From positions 1 through 54,358 of the forward strand of contig MRSU01008052.1 of NCBI GenBank assembly GCA_008369845.1: a stretch of 54,358 bases of DNA, written 5' to 3'. Source of the DNA: Trichomonas gallinae. Taxonomy: Eukaryota. Below are positions 20,129 through 31,314 of this stretch, in pieces (the stretch's first letter is position 1; each line of letters opens with the position of its first letter). The translations under genes were made by a program, and so were the position numbers. The notes beneath the pieces were generated by a model that worked only from the letters and a program-made list of their open reading frames with translations, did no database searches and was not told where the DNA came from.

Positions 20129-20818
20129 CTATTTGTCCACAAATTCATCGTCTTCTTCGTATATAACGTTCTGAAATCCTCCGAACGTAGCGTTGGGTTC
20201 AATTGGAATTCCGAAAAACGTTTGTGGATTCTGTTTTACTTCAGCAAACTGAATATTATCATGAGCTCCCTGTAATAGAAAATGTGGAAAGTACGGTCCA
20301 AATAAAGCACCATCTAAGTTTTCTGTAGTATTATAGATATCGTGACAACATGGACAATAAGCTTTAACTTTTTCTTCTCCATAAGAAGGTGTCAGTCCTA
20401 TTGGTAGTAAATTATGATGATTGCAGGCTACTCTAGGGCATTTTCCAAAGACTCCTGATTCGTATTTCTTTCGGACTTTCTTAACTCCCGCGTATGTCAA
20501 TAAATATCTAGCGTGTACAAGCGAATATAATTTTTCGGCCTCTTTGAGAAGCATTTTCATTGTCATTTCCTGTGGAAGTTCATAAAATTGTCCGCGAAGG
20601 AATTTAACGACTTCTGAGTAGCCTTCTATGATCGAATTTAGTCCGTATAAATTAAAATTATCGTTCAAATACGTTTCATCGACGAATGTGAGCCATTCTG
20701 ATTTCGAGACGAATTCGTTTATCCATTCGCACGCGGACATGTCGCTCTCGTCATTTATGGATGTTACATGTTGTTTCTGTTTAGGAGGCTTAGTGATGGC
20801 TCCTTTAAACAGAAACAT
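20129..20818 (-). CDS. Casein kinase II regulatory (beta) subunit
   Basis: DNFNLYGL, LYSLVHARY, FGKCPRVAC...YCPCC zinc ribbon and DGALFGP motifs. Confidence 0.95.
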   Translation of the reverse strand: MFLFKGAITKPPKQKQHVTSINDESDMSACEWINEFVSKSEWLTFVDETYLNDNFNLYGLNSIIEGYSEVVKFLRGQFYELPQEMTMKMLLKEAEKLYSLVHARYLLTYAGVKKVRKKYESGVFGKCPRVACNHHNLLPIGLTPSYGEEKVKAYCPCCHDIYNTTENLDGALFGPYFPHFLLQGAHDNIQFAEVKQNPQTFFGIPIEPNATFGGFQNVIYEEDDEFVDK

Positions 20819-21116
20819 TTTTTAAAAATTAAAAAAAATATTACAAAAAAACAAAAAATCTAAAAAACTATTATAACTTTCTAGAAAATTAACATATTCT
20901 TTGATTAATTTTAGAATTTTAATAAATCAAAACTTTTGATATTATATCCTACTTCATATGCATTACTCAAATCTTCAATTTTCTACAATTTTTCAATTTT
21001 CGAATTTTTTTATCTCAAAAGAATTGGCTAAAAAGGTTTCAGCTGCAATTCGTAAGAGCATCAAACAAGAATTTAGTATAAATAAACAATCAAAAATAAA
21101 ATCAACAAAAAATATT

Positions 21117-22148
21117 TCATGAACTTAGCGTTTTTTCGTAAGGATTTGTACTAAAGAAGCATAGGTATCCCCTTTCCTTTACAAACTCTACTTTAAGTTC
21201 ATTTGGAATATCTGAAAGGTATTTGAATCCTTTGACAGTGGTAACCATATCTGCTCTTCCAGCATGCCAGAAAACTACATCTTTCAGATACATATTTGGA
21301 TTTAATTGAATTGTTGTATTGCAAATCTTCACTTCTTCGTACCAATTGTATTCCAATATTTCAACAGACGAATCTACAAGAGGTATTCCTAAGAATCTGA
21401 ATGAATTTATTTGTTGTGGATGTAATTTCATTCTGTTCATCATGAAGAAAGTGACAATATCATCACCTTTTGCATATTCCGAGTAATATTCATCGACATA
21501 ATCTTGCTCATGCAACAAAAATTGTCTCACGGCTTCTCTGGACATAATCCAACCAGATCCACCGTGAAGGTATGCGAAATTCCTATTTTTCACAATCACA
21601 GGAGATTGAACAAGGTGCCCTTTGATAACCACATCACGTTTTGGATTCTTTCTATCTCCAATTTCGTTAATAAATAATGGAAGTTTGCGAATATCAACTA
21701 AACAATCGTCAGTTGTACGAACATACCAATCTAAATCTGTCGAGTAGTAAAAATCGTATAAGCTTTGAATAAAAATGTGAAAAAAATTTTGGAAATGTAT
21801 TAAAGAGTTGTTCCATGGGAAAATGTATTGATAGTCAAGCTCCACATCAAGATCTAATGCTGTTCCTACTCTTAAAATCGAATTATTGTAAATTTCTGCA
21901 AAATCTCGAGCCCAATATTCATAACCAACGCGACAACGTTGTAAATTCTGTGGATTTCCGTTTAACAAGAACATGTATATCTTGACTTGTTCGGATCCAT
22001 GAATATAAGGCTCAGATTGAATTTCTGGAATATATTCTGGCAACATTTTCGAATAAAGAAGTTGAAGAATAAAACCTACTATGACAAATAATGCATAAAC
22101 GATAAATGAATTCTTTGTTGCAACAGAAATTTCAACTCTCGAAAACAT
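21117..22148 (-). CDS. Type II membrane glycosyltransferase, GT31 (beta-1,3-Gal/Fringe-like)
   Basis: N-terminal TM; DWYVRTTDDCLV (DxD-like), YLHGGSGWIMSREAV, GDD and FWH motifs. Confidence 0.8.
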   Translation of the reverse strand: MFSRVEISVATKNSFIVYALFVIVGFILQLLYSKMLPEYIPEIQSEPYIHGSEQVKIYMFLLNGNPQNLQRCRVGYEYWARDFAEIYNNSILRVGTALDLDVELDYQYIFPWNNSLIHFQNFFHIFIQSLYDFYYSTDLDWYVRTTDDCLVDIRKLPLFINEIGDRKNPKRDVVIKGHLVQSPVIVKNRNFAYLHGGSGWIMSREAVRQFLLHEQDYVDEYYSEYAKGDDIVTFFMMNRMKLHPQQINSFRFLGIPLVDSSVEILEYNWYEEVKICNTTIQLNPNMYLKDVVFWHAGRADMVTTVKGFKYLSDIPNELKVEFVKERGYLCFFSTNPYEKTLSS

Positions 22149-22381
22149 TTATCGAACTACAATATAAAAATATGAAATTTCCTACAACTATATGAAAATC
22201 TAGATATTTTTGAATAGATAGTTAAATATTAATCAATTTTGAACGAAATTTGATATTTTATATAAAAAACTTCGAATTTTTGAGATGTTCTAATATAATT
22301 ATTAAGTCAGATGTTTAGTAATGAAGAAAAGAGCTTTTTGTAATTAGGAAAAGAGAAAAAAAGGAGATTTTATTAAGTAAA

Positions 22382-23425
22382 TTACTTGGCAATACGGACA
22401 TAGCTATCAGCACGATCACGCTTACCCTGGTGGATACATTCAGCGATCCACTGAATATTACGAACTTCCTGATCCATAAGTTGGACCCAGGAGTAAAATA
22501 CGCCAAACTGGAAGAAGATGTTGAAGCTATCAACGTGCAATTCGGCAATCTTTTCTTGGAAGACTTCTTCGATTGTCTTTGATGATGTGCGAGAGAGATC
22601 GAAGAGTTTCTTGTATGTTTCGAATGGCTGAAGAGCATCAGAAAGTGTTGATTCACCAGCACCCTTAGCAGCGAGCTTGCTTGTGATTTGAGCGAGTTGG
22701 CCGATTCTTGGGTAAAGAGCCTCGCGGTCATCAGCAATCATTGATGTGCGGATAGAGTTCAATGTGATGATGATAGCACGTCTATCAGCTTCAAATTCGA
22801 GCAACTGTCCCATAACTGCAGCTGTTTCGTAACCGAGTTTCATGCAGAAAGCGTAGAACTGGTCGTAGTATTCGCGATAGAGTTTGAGACGAATTGATTC
22901 AACGTTCTGTTCGCTGAGGTTGTTGGTGTTGAGGCATTTCGAGAATAATGGGCCAAGTGGAGTATCCACGAGAACCATTTGATAAAGGTCTTGTACAGTC
23001 GAAGCAACAGCCAAGGCTTTGATGCCATCGAACATACCGAGTGGGTGGCATCTCTCAATGAGTTCTGTGACATCGTGATCATGGACTACACCAGAAATAA
23101 TAATGATGACGTTGTCAATCATGAATGGGATTCTAAGCCATTGGAAGAAAGTCTTGAGGTCATCGGAAGCTTGTGACTCGACGTAGTTGAACTTGTCGAC
23201 TAATCTTTCGAGGCAACGCTCGTAGATAACTGTTGGTGATGCATTTCCGGCATCATTTTGAAGATATGCCTGGAAGCCAGCATTGCCAAGATGAAGACGG
23301 AAATCTTCGAGTGTTTCGCTCTGCTTTAATTGCATATAATCAGACTCTGTGAGGAATTCCGTGTAGCAAGCACGGACGTAGCCATCAAGGAAGCCGTAGC
23401 GGATGTTGTAGGTCAGTGAGTCCAT
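22382..23425 (-). CDS. VMA6: V-type ATPase V0 subunit d
   Basis: GFLDGYVRA, QSETLEDFRLHL, FMIDNV, RCHPLG, FEADRRAIIITLNS and EVRNIQWIAECI motifs. Confidence 0.97.
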   Translation of the reverse strand: MDSLTYNIRYGFLDGYVRACYTEFLTESDYMQLKQSETLEDFRLHLGNAGFQAYLQNDAGNASPTVIYERCLERLVDKFNYVESQASDDLKTFFQWLRIPFMIDNVIIIISGVVHDHDVTELIERCHPLGMFDGIKALAVASTVQDLYQMVLVDTPLGPLFSKCLNTNNLSEQNVESIRLKLYREYYDQFYAFCMKLGYETAAVMGQLLEFEADRRAIIITLNSIRTSMIADDREALYPRIGQLAQITSKLAAKGAGESTLSDALQPFETYKKLFDLSRTSSKTIEEVFQEKIAELHVDSFNIFFQFGVFYSWVQLMDQEVRNIQWIAECIHQGKRDRADSYVRIAK

Positions 23426-24651
23426 TTAAAAATTTTTTTTACTGGCCGATAAAAATGGTTTTTTTTGATTTACTGATCGTCCTCGTAAACTTTTTTAATC
23501 GTCTTGACCCTAAATAAATTTATTTACCCCTCATTAAATCTCACAAATATCTTAGATTTTTTATCGTTTTCTCGACTATTTTTCATAAGTAAAATCTGCC
23601 AATCTGACACTTTATTTTTTGGCGCTTTGACGCGCAAAGCAAACTAAAATAAAAGTTGCAGATGAAGTTTTTAAACATCAACAAAATACATCTCATATTT
23701 ATAGTAGATAATAGTTCCATTTATTGCCAATAAACATAATATCTCACTCAACTATTTTCGGGAGACTAATGAACAGCGTATCCGAAAGTAGTTACGATAA
23801 AAGCTTAATAAGATATATTCTATGACATGCATTAAACAAAGCTATGGAAATTGAACAAATGAAGAAGCTCTGTATGAAGAATTATTGACGACTTTTAAAA
23901 TAATAATGTCAAAATGACAAAAAACTAAACATGTTTTTTTTTGGAATAATTTTGCAATACATTGATTTTTGTATATATTATTAAAATTTACAATGTCAAA
24001 TTGTCAAAAATTATAATCTTCATTTTGAGATTTGAGTTTTGATCGTCTTGAACTCATTTATGTATGTGTTCATTTGGAAAATTCATTCATCTTCAATAGT
24101 GTTTTGCGCGTGCCCGGAATTTGGAATAATCTTTCCAAGTTATGAAAATTATTCATGTATATATTATGTTCATCTTACACATGCATTTTATTGAAAAAAT
24201 TTAAGTTAAAATGAATTTTTAAATTTTCAAATTTGAAAAAATAAAGATTTTTGCTTAACAACTTCAAAATCAGAAATTATGATATGAGTTATGATCATTT
24301 TCTAAATAAAATAATTTTGGATAAATCCAAAAGTGACAATTTTCGGTGTTTTTTTTCAGATTAACATTTCAACGATGAATTTATCTAGAGAATAGTCTAC
24401 AAAGCTTTATTTTGAAAAGTTCATTTATAAATTAGTTGATAATAACATTTTTATTTCGATATCTTGGCTTGCATTAAGCCGTATTGATGTATATAAAGAT
24501 AAAAGCATTTGTCGTCGTTGAGGTTTGATTGATTGATGATAAAACATTTTTTATTTTTTTTTAATTAGTGATATAGTCTTTATATATAAATTATATGCAA
24601 CAATCTAATTTATATATAAAATAACCTATTTATTGAAATAAAAATTTTCGC

Positions 24652-25611
24652 TTACATCAAATCATTTCTGTCGTCATCACTATCATCAACATCTGTGTAT
24701 GTATATTCATATGTGTAGTCCTCACCATCGATGAGGCATGGGACGTTTTCGTCATCAACTTGTTGACCAAGATAAACTTTCTTGCTGCCAAGGCAATCTT
24801 TCATTTCATTTCTCTTGAGAGCTGGGTAGTAGAAAGATATAATAAGGCGGTAAAAGCCCATAATAAGGATAGCTAAGGCCGCGGATGTGAACCAACCAAC
24901 AGATATTGTGCAAAGACCTTTGCTAGCGTACATTTCGATAAGAATTGGACCAGCATTTGTTGCCCACATAAGGATAAGGAAGAAGATGGCTTTCCAAATC
25001 TTTCTTGTGATGCAAACGCAAAACATAACGATTGTGTGAAAAGTAACAAAACCGATTGGTAAACCAAGTCCGAAGAATGAAATGGATGAGGGGGCAACAG
25101 ATTTAGCTAATGGAATGAAGCTGATTAAACCGACGATGATTGCAACGACAATACTTCCAATTAAAGTTGGGAGACCATCTGGAATCAATTGGGCATCGAG
25201 TAATGTAATGCAGAAAAGGATTGTTTCACCAGCGTTCAATAATACATATTTGAGCGCAATGAGAAAATTCTGTCCGCCGCCTACAGTTGGTGTAACACTC
25301 TCAGATAGGCCCCAAATGAGTATGTATGCACCTAAAATGTAGAAATGTGTTTTATATAATTTCGAACCACGGGTTGGTCTTTGTCCCTCGAACTTAACCT
25401 CCCAGGTCTTGAACGCAGAGTTGAAGAATTCGAAGAAAACGAATACGCAGATTGCGAGAATCAAGGTAATTATGTTAATTAACACACCACTTCCGACTGA
25501 AATAACATAGTACATGCACGCGTTATTCTCGATCACTCCCGCAAGCCTGCAAAGCTTGAAGTTTGTATTTTCGCATAGGTTAATGAGGGATGTTGGCGCG
25601 ATCGACGACAT
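24652..25611 (-). CDS. Multi-TM protein resembling chitin synthase export chaperone Chs7
   Basis: N-terminal LCENTNFKLC (Chs7 ICxxTPLPLC), about 7 TM segments, QLIPDG (Chs7 QLxEDG), ASKGLC (Chs7 FSxxIC) and an acidic tail. Confidence 0.65.
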   Translation of the reverse strand: MSSIAPTSLINLCENTNFKLCRLAGVIENNACMYYVISVGSGVLINIITLILAICVFVFFEFFNSAFKTWEVKFEGQRPTRGSKLYKTHFYILGAYILIWGLSESVTPTVGGGQNFLIALKYVLLNAGETILFCITLLDAQLIPDGLPTLIGSIVVAIIVGLISFIPLAKSVAPSSISFFGLGLPIGFVTFHTIVMFCVCITRKIWKAIFFLILMWATNAGPILIEMYASKGLCTISVGWFTSAALAILIMGFYRLIISFYYPALKRNEMKDCLGSKKVYLGQQVDDENVPCLIDGEDYTYEYTYTDVDDSDDDRNDLM

Positions 25612-25630
25612 TTTTTTTTATTCCTTCTCA

Positions 25631-25638
25631 AAAAGTGA
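25631..25638 (-). promoter_or_regulatory. Inr-like TCACTTTT about 20 nt upstream of the Chs7-like ATG
   Basis: AAAAGTGA on + reads TCACTTTT on -. It matches the trichomonad Inr consensus TCA(C/T)(T/A) at the typical distance from the ATG. Confidence 0.6.
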
Positions 25639-26417
25639 TGATTTTAAAAAGCTCAATAAAAAAAATCTCAATTTATTCAGACTCATCTCTGTCTACTGTT
25701 GCCGGATTTCCAATGATTTGAGATTTTTGGACAACATCATTTTTTTTTGATTTGATTCTCGTAGAAAATACACTTAAAACATCAAAATTATCAGTTCAAG
25801 CTAAAACAGACCCCAAATATAGGTTTTTTCCTTGCGTTAATCAGATTTTATTAGAAAAAACTGACATTTTATGTCGTGTAAAAAATATTTTTGTCAGAAC
25901 TGATCCATTTAATTTTTATTTATTTTAGGAAAAGGTTATATCAATACCTAGGCATATTCCTACTGTTCTACAAACTGCTGTTATAAAAATACTGATTTTT
26001 AGCTTTTCAGGAATCTTTTTCTCTGAGTTCATTCATTTATTAATCACGTTATTAATTTCCTCCTTATGTTGGTTATGTTTCCAACAATAAAAACAATAAA
26101 TAGGACGTAACGGATTTTTATAAATTTTCGAAAATTGCTATCTTGTCTTCCATATGAAAAAATATGGATGTAGAATCGATAATATGAATAGATATTTAAA
26201 GATTTAATGCAGAAAAATCACCCATCACATAATTTGGATTGATTAAATTTTAAAATTAATCCGAAGCTATTTTGATATGTTCATATATAAGAATGAATAT
26301 ATAATCAATAGTATAACATGATTTTATATCGTTTATGCATAGAAGTTCATAAATTACAGATTCAAATATGAGAAAAATATCAGATTTAATGATTTTGCTG
26401 TGTATAATTGTATCTGG

Positions 26418-27200
26418 TTAAATGAAGACTATTTAGTTAATTCATATGCTTAATCAATTTCTAAATCAAAACTGAGTGGATTTGAAACATATTGATGATA
26501 ATGTGTTGATATAGAAAAATGTATATATAATAAAGAGACAGTGTGAAATCTATCAATATTTAGACTCAAAAAGATTCTAAAATACAATTTGGTTTTGCAG
26601 CTTTCTAAAAAATAATCATTATAATATGTTTAGTCATTAATAACTTTAAATTTTCAATATATGATGATAAATATATCACTGTTAAGGCATAATAATGTTC
26701 CAAGATCAAAATTATTTTTGTTTAATTCTCATGTATAGTGATTAGAGTGTGTTTAATAACAAATATATCAAAATAAACAATAAAAAGTGATAAATATATC
26801 ATTGTTAATGCTCAAAAATGCCATAATATCAAAACGATTTTTGAATATTTCTCATATATACTAAATAAAGTGTGTGTAACCAGAAATATCTCATAGAAAT
26901 CCGTATATAATGATTAATACATCATTATGTAGCCTCATTAATGTTTAAATATCATAATTATTTTTGTATCAATCTCGATAATAGAGATTATAATGTGTTT
27001 AATCAAAAATACATACTAAAAATAAGCATATAATGATAGACATATTACTATTTTGGTTTGAAAATGCTAAAATATCAAAATTAATTTTGAATATATCTCG
27101 AAAATAATGATTTTAGTATGTCTAACTAAAAATAACTTTAAACAATCAGTATATAATGCTAAATATACCACTGCTGAGACTCAAAAACCAAAATTCGAAA
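26418..27200. repeat. Degenerate non-coding 123-bp tandem array, about 6 units
   Basis: Unit starts at 26541, 26664, 26787, 26910, 27033 and 27156, with a weaker unit at 26418. Shared blocks: ATGAT(A/T)AATATATCA, ATATCAAAA(T/C)TATTTTTG, TCTC and (A/G)TGTGTTTAA. Confidence 0.85.
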
Positions 27201-27208
27201 TAATTGAA

Positions 27209-27223
27209 TCATTGTCACTTTTT
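27209..27223 (+). promoter_or_regulatory. Tandem Inr-like elements TCATT / GTCACTTTTT before the WD40 gene ATG
   Basis: Sits 8-22 nt upstream of ATG 27231. Matches the Inr consensus and the reverse complement of the AAAGTGAC motif. Confidence 0.6.
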
Positions 27224-27230
27224 AAAATAA

Positions 27231-28550
27231 ATGAAGGGAAGTGTTATTGATGATATTACTGAATACGACGGAATTTACAGATCTGACGGCCGCGGTTATG
27301 TAAATTTCCGCAAATACTTCCTGAAGAAGTTCGAGCATCAGCTAAATACCAAATACAGAGAAAATACTTATCTCCCACTTCGAATTTTATTGTTAGAAAC
27401 TACACGAAGCAAAGCGAAGCATTCACTGAATGATTTGTGGCTCCTTCTTCATAGCAGAAGGATGAAAGCCCCGACAATTTTATCAATTTCTGTCAGTGAT
27501 ACTGAAATAATCCCTTGGAGGCAAATTTGCTCTGCTCTAAATGCTCCAGGACCAGTATCTTTCATCAAATGCGCGCCATTTTCGCGTGAAAGGTTTGCTT
27601 TCTCTACGATCGACGGATCAATACATTTTGCAAGCACATCGAATCGCCAATTACGTATAATTAGTTCTGTTTCCATCCCAGACGTCTCATTCATTAAATT
27701 CGACTGGGTTTCTGAAACAATGGTTGCAGGAATCGGAGTTACGCAGTCATTATTCTTCCTCTGCAATGATTCCAGGATTTTCGAGCTTCCTATGCCATCT
27801 CCACCAAGCGAAGTTTCACGTTACACAACACCACCTATAATAATTGTTGGCGATCGCGCAGGTGTTTTATATAGCTTAGATCTCACAGAACTGAATCCAG
27901 TGCACACAATGGACGCGTCTGCGAGCTTCAAGCAGCCAACAAACTCAACGATATCAAGAGTTGATCCAATTTACAACAAATTCCACAAATTAAAGAAGCC
28001 AATCACAGCTCTTTGCGTTTCTCCTGATGGCAGTGCCATTATTTGCGGCTCATCTGATGGTGATATCGATATAGTTTTCGTTGAACCAAAAGAATCTCGT
28101 TTCTTTAAGAGTTCTAGGGCAGAACTGAAGTCAACTGGCGCAACACACATAACAATGCCAGGAATCCTCAACATCAAGCCTTGTTCTGTTGACGCTGTTG
28201 CAATTGTTCACATTCCAGACGGAGATTTGATTTTTGTCAATATGCGCTCAGAGCTTTCAGGCCTCTTGATCAGCGAGGATGGTTTCAAGCACGTCCTCCT
28301 TAAGAAGATGGTTCGCGTTCCTTCAATGAGAGCGAAATGTCCCGCTGCAATTACATATGTATCCGGATCTTGGCTTTGGGTCGCTGGGACTGATATGGGC
28401 GACTTAATCATGCAGGAGCAGGGAGAGGAGATAAATATTCTCACTCTTCACGAAGCAACAATCGCTGCTGTTGAATGGTGCAAACAACAGAAGAGATTCA
28501 TTGCTGCAGATGTTTCCGGTCTAATTTCTTTGTGGGAGAAAACAGAATAA
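27231..28550 (+). CDS. WD40-repeat protein, WDR13-like
   Basis: RERFAFSTIDGSI, ITALCVSPDGSAIICGSSDGDI and C-terminal LTLHEATIAAVEW...FIAADVSGLISLWEK. The N-terminal YDGIYR...YVNFRKYFL resembles the WDR13 N-terminus. Confidence 0.7.
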   Translation: MKGSVIDDITEYDGIYRSDGRGYVNFRKYFLKKFEHQLNTKYRENTYLPLRILLLETTRSKAKHSLNDLWLLLHSRRMKAPTILSISVSDTEIIPWRQICSALNAPGPVSFIKCAPFSRERFAFSTIDGSIHFASTSNRQLRIISSVSIPDVSFIKFDWVSETMVAGIGVTQSLFFLCNDSRIFELPMPSPPSEVSRYTTPPIIIVGDRAGVLYSLDLTELNPVHTMDASASFKQPTNSTISRVDPIYNKFHKLKKPITALCVSPDGSAIICGSSDGDIDIVFVEPKESRFFKSSRAELKSTGATHITMPGILNIKPCSVDAVAIVHIPDGDLIFVNMRSELSGLLISEDGFKHVLLKKMVRVPSMRAKCPAAITYVSGSWLWVAGTDMGDLIMQEQGEEINILTLHEATIAAVEWCKQQKRFIAADVSGLISLWEKTE

Positions 28551-28765
28551 AGTATATTATTGCGTTTGCTTTTGTTTTTTAAAATATAATTTTTTTATTT
28601 TAAAACACCAAATTAAAAATCAACAAATCTAATGACTCCATATGAAAATAGAATCATTTTCACATCATAAATTATGAAATAAAAGAATGCAATTTTTTGT
28701 ATTTTGATATTTAAAATAATATGTAACAAATCTATTTATTAACTCAACAATTAAGTTAAATGATT

Positions 28766-29044
28766 CTATTTCTTTTGTGTTGCCTGCTTGATAACATCTT
28801 TTGTTGAAACTTGGGCGAGTTTTGCCTTTTCTTCGGATGGTTTAAATGTGCGGATATTTCCTTTCATTGGGTCCTTAAGCGCACGCTCCATTGCGCAGGC
28901 TTCAGCCTTCTTAATTAAAGCTGCTTTGACTGGATCGCGATGCTTTTTGTATTTTTTGTGCTGCTGTTGCTGATTTGGTTTGACATGTTTTGCCTTCGTT
29001 GGAACAGTTATTGAAGGACGCCTAGAATTTCCTCCCTGTGGCAT
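28766..29044 (-). CDS. Small basic protein, UPF0390/DUF2462 (Leydig cell tumor 10 kDa-like)
   Basis: MPQG start, K-rich, AALIKKAE...ERA then GNIRTFK. Size and layout fit the family. Confidence 0.6.
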   Translation of the reverse strand: MPQGGNSRRPSITVPTKAKHVKPNQQQQHKKYKKHRDPVKAALIKKAEACAMERALKDPMKGNIRTFKPSEEKAKLAQVSTKDVIKQATQKK

Positions 29045-29547
29045 TACTTATTTCTGTCAAAAATCTCGTCACTTTTTGGACACAATTTTTCAAAAATTGA
29101 CGATAAATATAATTACATGTCAAAATATTTGATCTCTTCAAAACAATCTTAATATAACTATACTTGATATTAAAAATTCATTTATAGCATTTATTGTGAG
29201 TGCTAGACTTAGCAATTGAACTATTATATATCATTATCATTCATATCCAAATAACTTATATATGACATGTAAAGATTTTTCGTCAAATTTAAACATTTAC
29301 GGGCGTAACAACTTCACATATAAATGATTTAAAAGTTTCATCCACAAAAGATGAAGACAATTGGATAAATGTTTGAGTTACACTTGATGAAAGATTATTT
29401 AAGAATTAGCTGACAAAGTAATGCATGAAAATAGAAGAATGTACTTCATTAGAACTGAGACATTCGATTTGAAAATAGAAGCATTCATGATAATTTTTTT
29501 TGATGCTGATAAATATTTACATGTCAAAAACTTTTTTTGTTTATTCT

Positions 29548-30903
29548 CTAGTTGATTGACTGATATTTAGAGTCAGATTCAGAAGATGCCATTGGAATTG
29601 ATTCATTCTTTGGAACAATGATCCAAAATGAAAGTCCAGTTGCAATAAGGCCAGCAACAAAACCAGAACCAATGTACGCTTGATTCTCGCCAACCCTCTG
29701 GCTGAACCATGACCAATTTCTCCAGATATATCCAACAAGCATAATAACCAGATTCGCAACTTGCTGGCCAGCAACGAGGAACATGTTCAGAGCACCAATG
29801 TTCTTGCCTAATTCAGATGGAGGTGAGTCTGCTGTAACAATTGAAAATGGAATTGTATTAAACACAGTCGAGCCCATACCTAATGGTGCCATGAGGGCCA
29901 TTAGTATCCACTGGTTCTTTGTGAAGAAAACGCCAAACAAACACGCGAACATTAAAAAGTGAGATATTGCGTAAGCCATCTTTGTGCCTGCACAGTTGAT
30001 GAAAGCCTCATGGATGAAGCCATACATGAATGAAAGCGTGTTAACAATGGCGTTTACGAACATTCCGAAACAAAGACCTTTTTCTTTCTGTGTTGGAAAG
30101 ACTTCATTCGAGTAAAATGTCGTCTGCTTGATTACAAAGCCCGTGAAAGACGCCCACGACACTAAAAGTGCAATGGAAACACGGGTTTGGGCTTTGGACA
30201 TATGGAACAATGACTTCAGATCGAAAATTTTCTGGTTGTCGAGTTCCTCTACAAAAGGTTTCTCTTTTGCAGCAATGATTGTTGTCGCCAGAGTAATTAC
30301 GATTGTGGATGTTGAGATAATTAAAGTAATTGAGAAAACTTTCTTTTGATACGAAGGGCTTTCAATGAAATATCCAACACCTCCTAACAAATTGGTAACA
30401 ACGGCGCCCATACCAATAAGTACAGATGAGATCGCGAAACCTTTTGTTCTTTGCTCAGGAGGAAGTATGTCACCAATAATAGAACGTGCAGGGCTTTGAA
30501 ATGCATTAATCGAAACATATGTGAATGTCATGGAAATTAATAATAATATTTTCATTAGAATCATTGAGAGCTTTTCTGAGTATAAATATAAAAGGAACAA
30601 TCCAGACAATCCAATGAAAGTTCCCAGACCACCAAAGAACAAGTATGGCCTACGACGCCCCCATTTCGAACGGCATCTATCAGAATAGTGACCAACAATA
30701 GGCTGGACGAAGAATCCGCTCACTGGACCAAGTGACCAAGCAATGAATTTTGTAACGGAATCCATATTAAGTCTAGTCATCAGTGGATCTACAAGTGCGA
30801 AAACAGCTGTCCAGCCAACCTGGAATGCTAAACATGACATACATATGCAGTATATCTGAAATGTGGAATACTTCTTAGGCGAATCTAGCAATAAATCATT
30901 CAT
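29548..30903 (-). CDS. MFS sucrose/H+ symporter family (SUT/SUC/SLC45-like) transporter
   Basis: About 12 TM; GPVSGFFVQPIVGHYSDRCRSKWGRRRPY and QSPARSIIGD signatures. Confidence 0.92.
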   Translation of the reverse strand: MNDLLLDSPKKYSTFQIYCICMSCLAFQVGWTAVFALVDPLMTRLNMDSVTKFIAWSLGPVSGFFVQPIVGHYSDRCRSKWGRRRPYLFFGGLGTFIGLSGLFLLYLYSEKLSMILMKILLLISMTFTYVSINAFQSPARSIIGDILPPEQRTKGFAISSVLIGMGAVVTNLLGGVGYFIESPSYQKKVFSITLIISTSTIVITLATTIIAAKEKPFVEELDNQKIFDLKSLFHMSKAQTRVSIALLVSWASFTGFVIKQTTFYSNEVFPTQKEKGLCFGMFVNAIVNTLSFMYGFIHEAFINCAGTKMAYAISHFLMFACLFGVFFTKNQWILMALMAPLGMGSTVFNTIPFSIVTADSPPSELGKNIGALNMFLVAGQQVANLVIMLVGYIWRNWSWFSQRVGENQAYIGSGFVAGLIATGLSFWIIVPKNESIPMASSESDSKYQSIN

Positions 30904-31314
30904 TTATTTATGATATAAGGTTTCCTCATCGTTTTATTTTTCTGAAAGATTTGCCATCGTATTGGTGTCAAATTTTGAATTTTAAAATTTTAAAAACGTC
31001 ATGATTGATGCAGGCATTAAAAATATAATGGAAGTAGGAAATATTTAAGGTTATTAATTTCTGATGCAGAGAAAACTATGGTTGGCCATAAGTAACGCTT
31101 TCAGCATATCTATATTGTCACGCTAGACTTAAAAAGCAGATAATCATCTGATAAAACGAGATTTTCAAATTGAAATACAACGTTTTACATGACAAAATTA
31201 CTAGTTTACATGTCATTTATTTTTCTTTACTTAGTTGTTGGTTTACGTTATTAAAAACATAGTTCATTGTATATGAATGATTTACTACAAAAATTTCGTA
31301 TGTCAATTCGGTGA

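Noticed and set aside
26418..27200. CRISPR-like interpretation of the 123-bp array and motif clusters
   Set aside because: Whole units are homologous, with no identical repeat alternating with unique spacers. The context is eukaryotic and has no cas genes.
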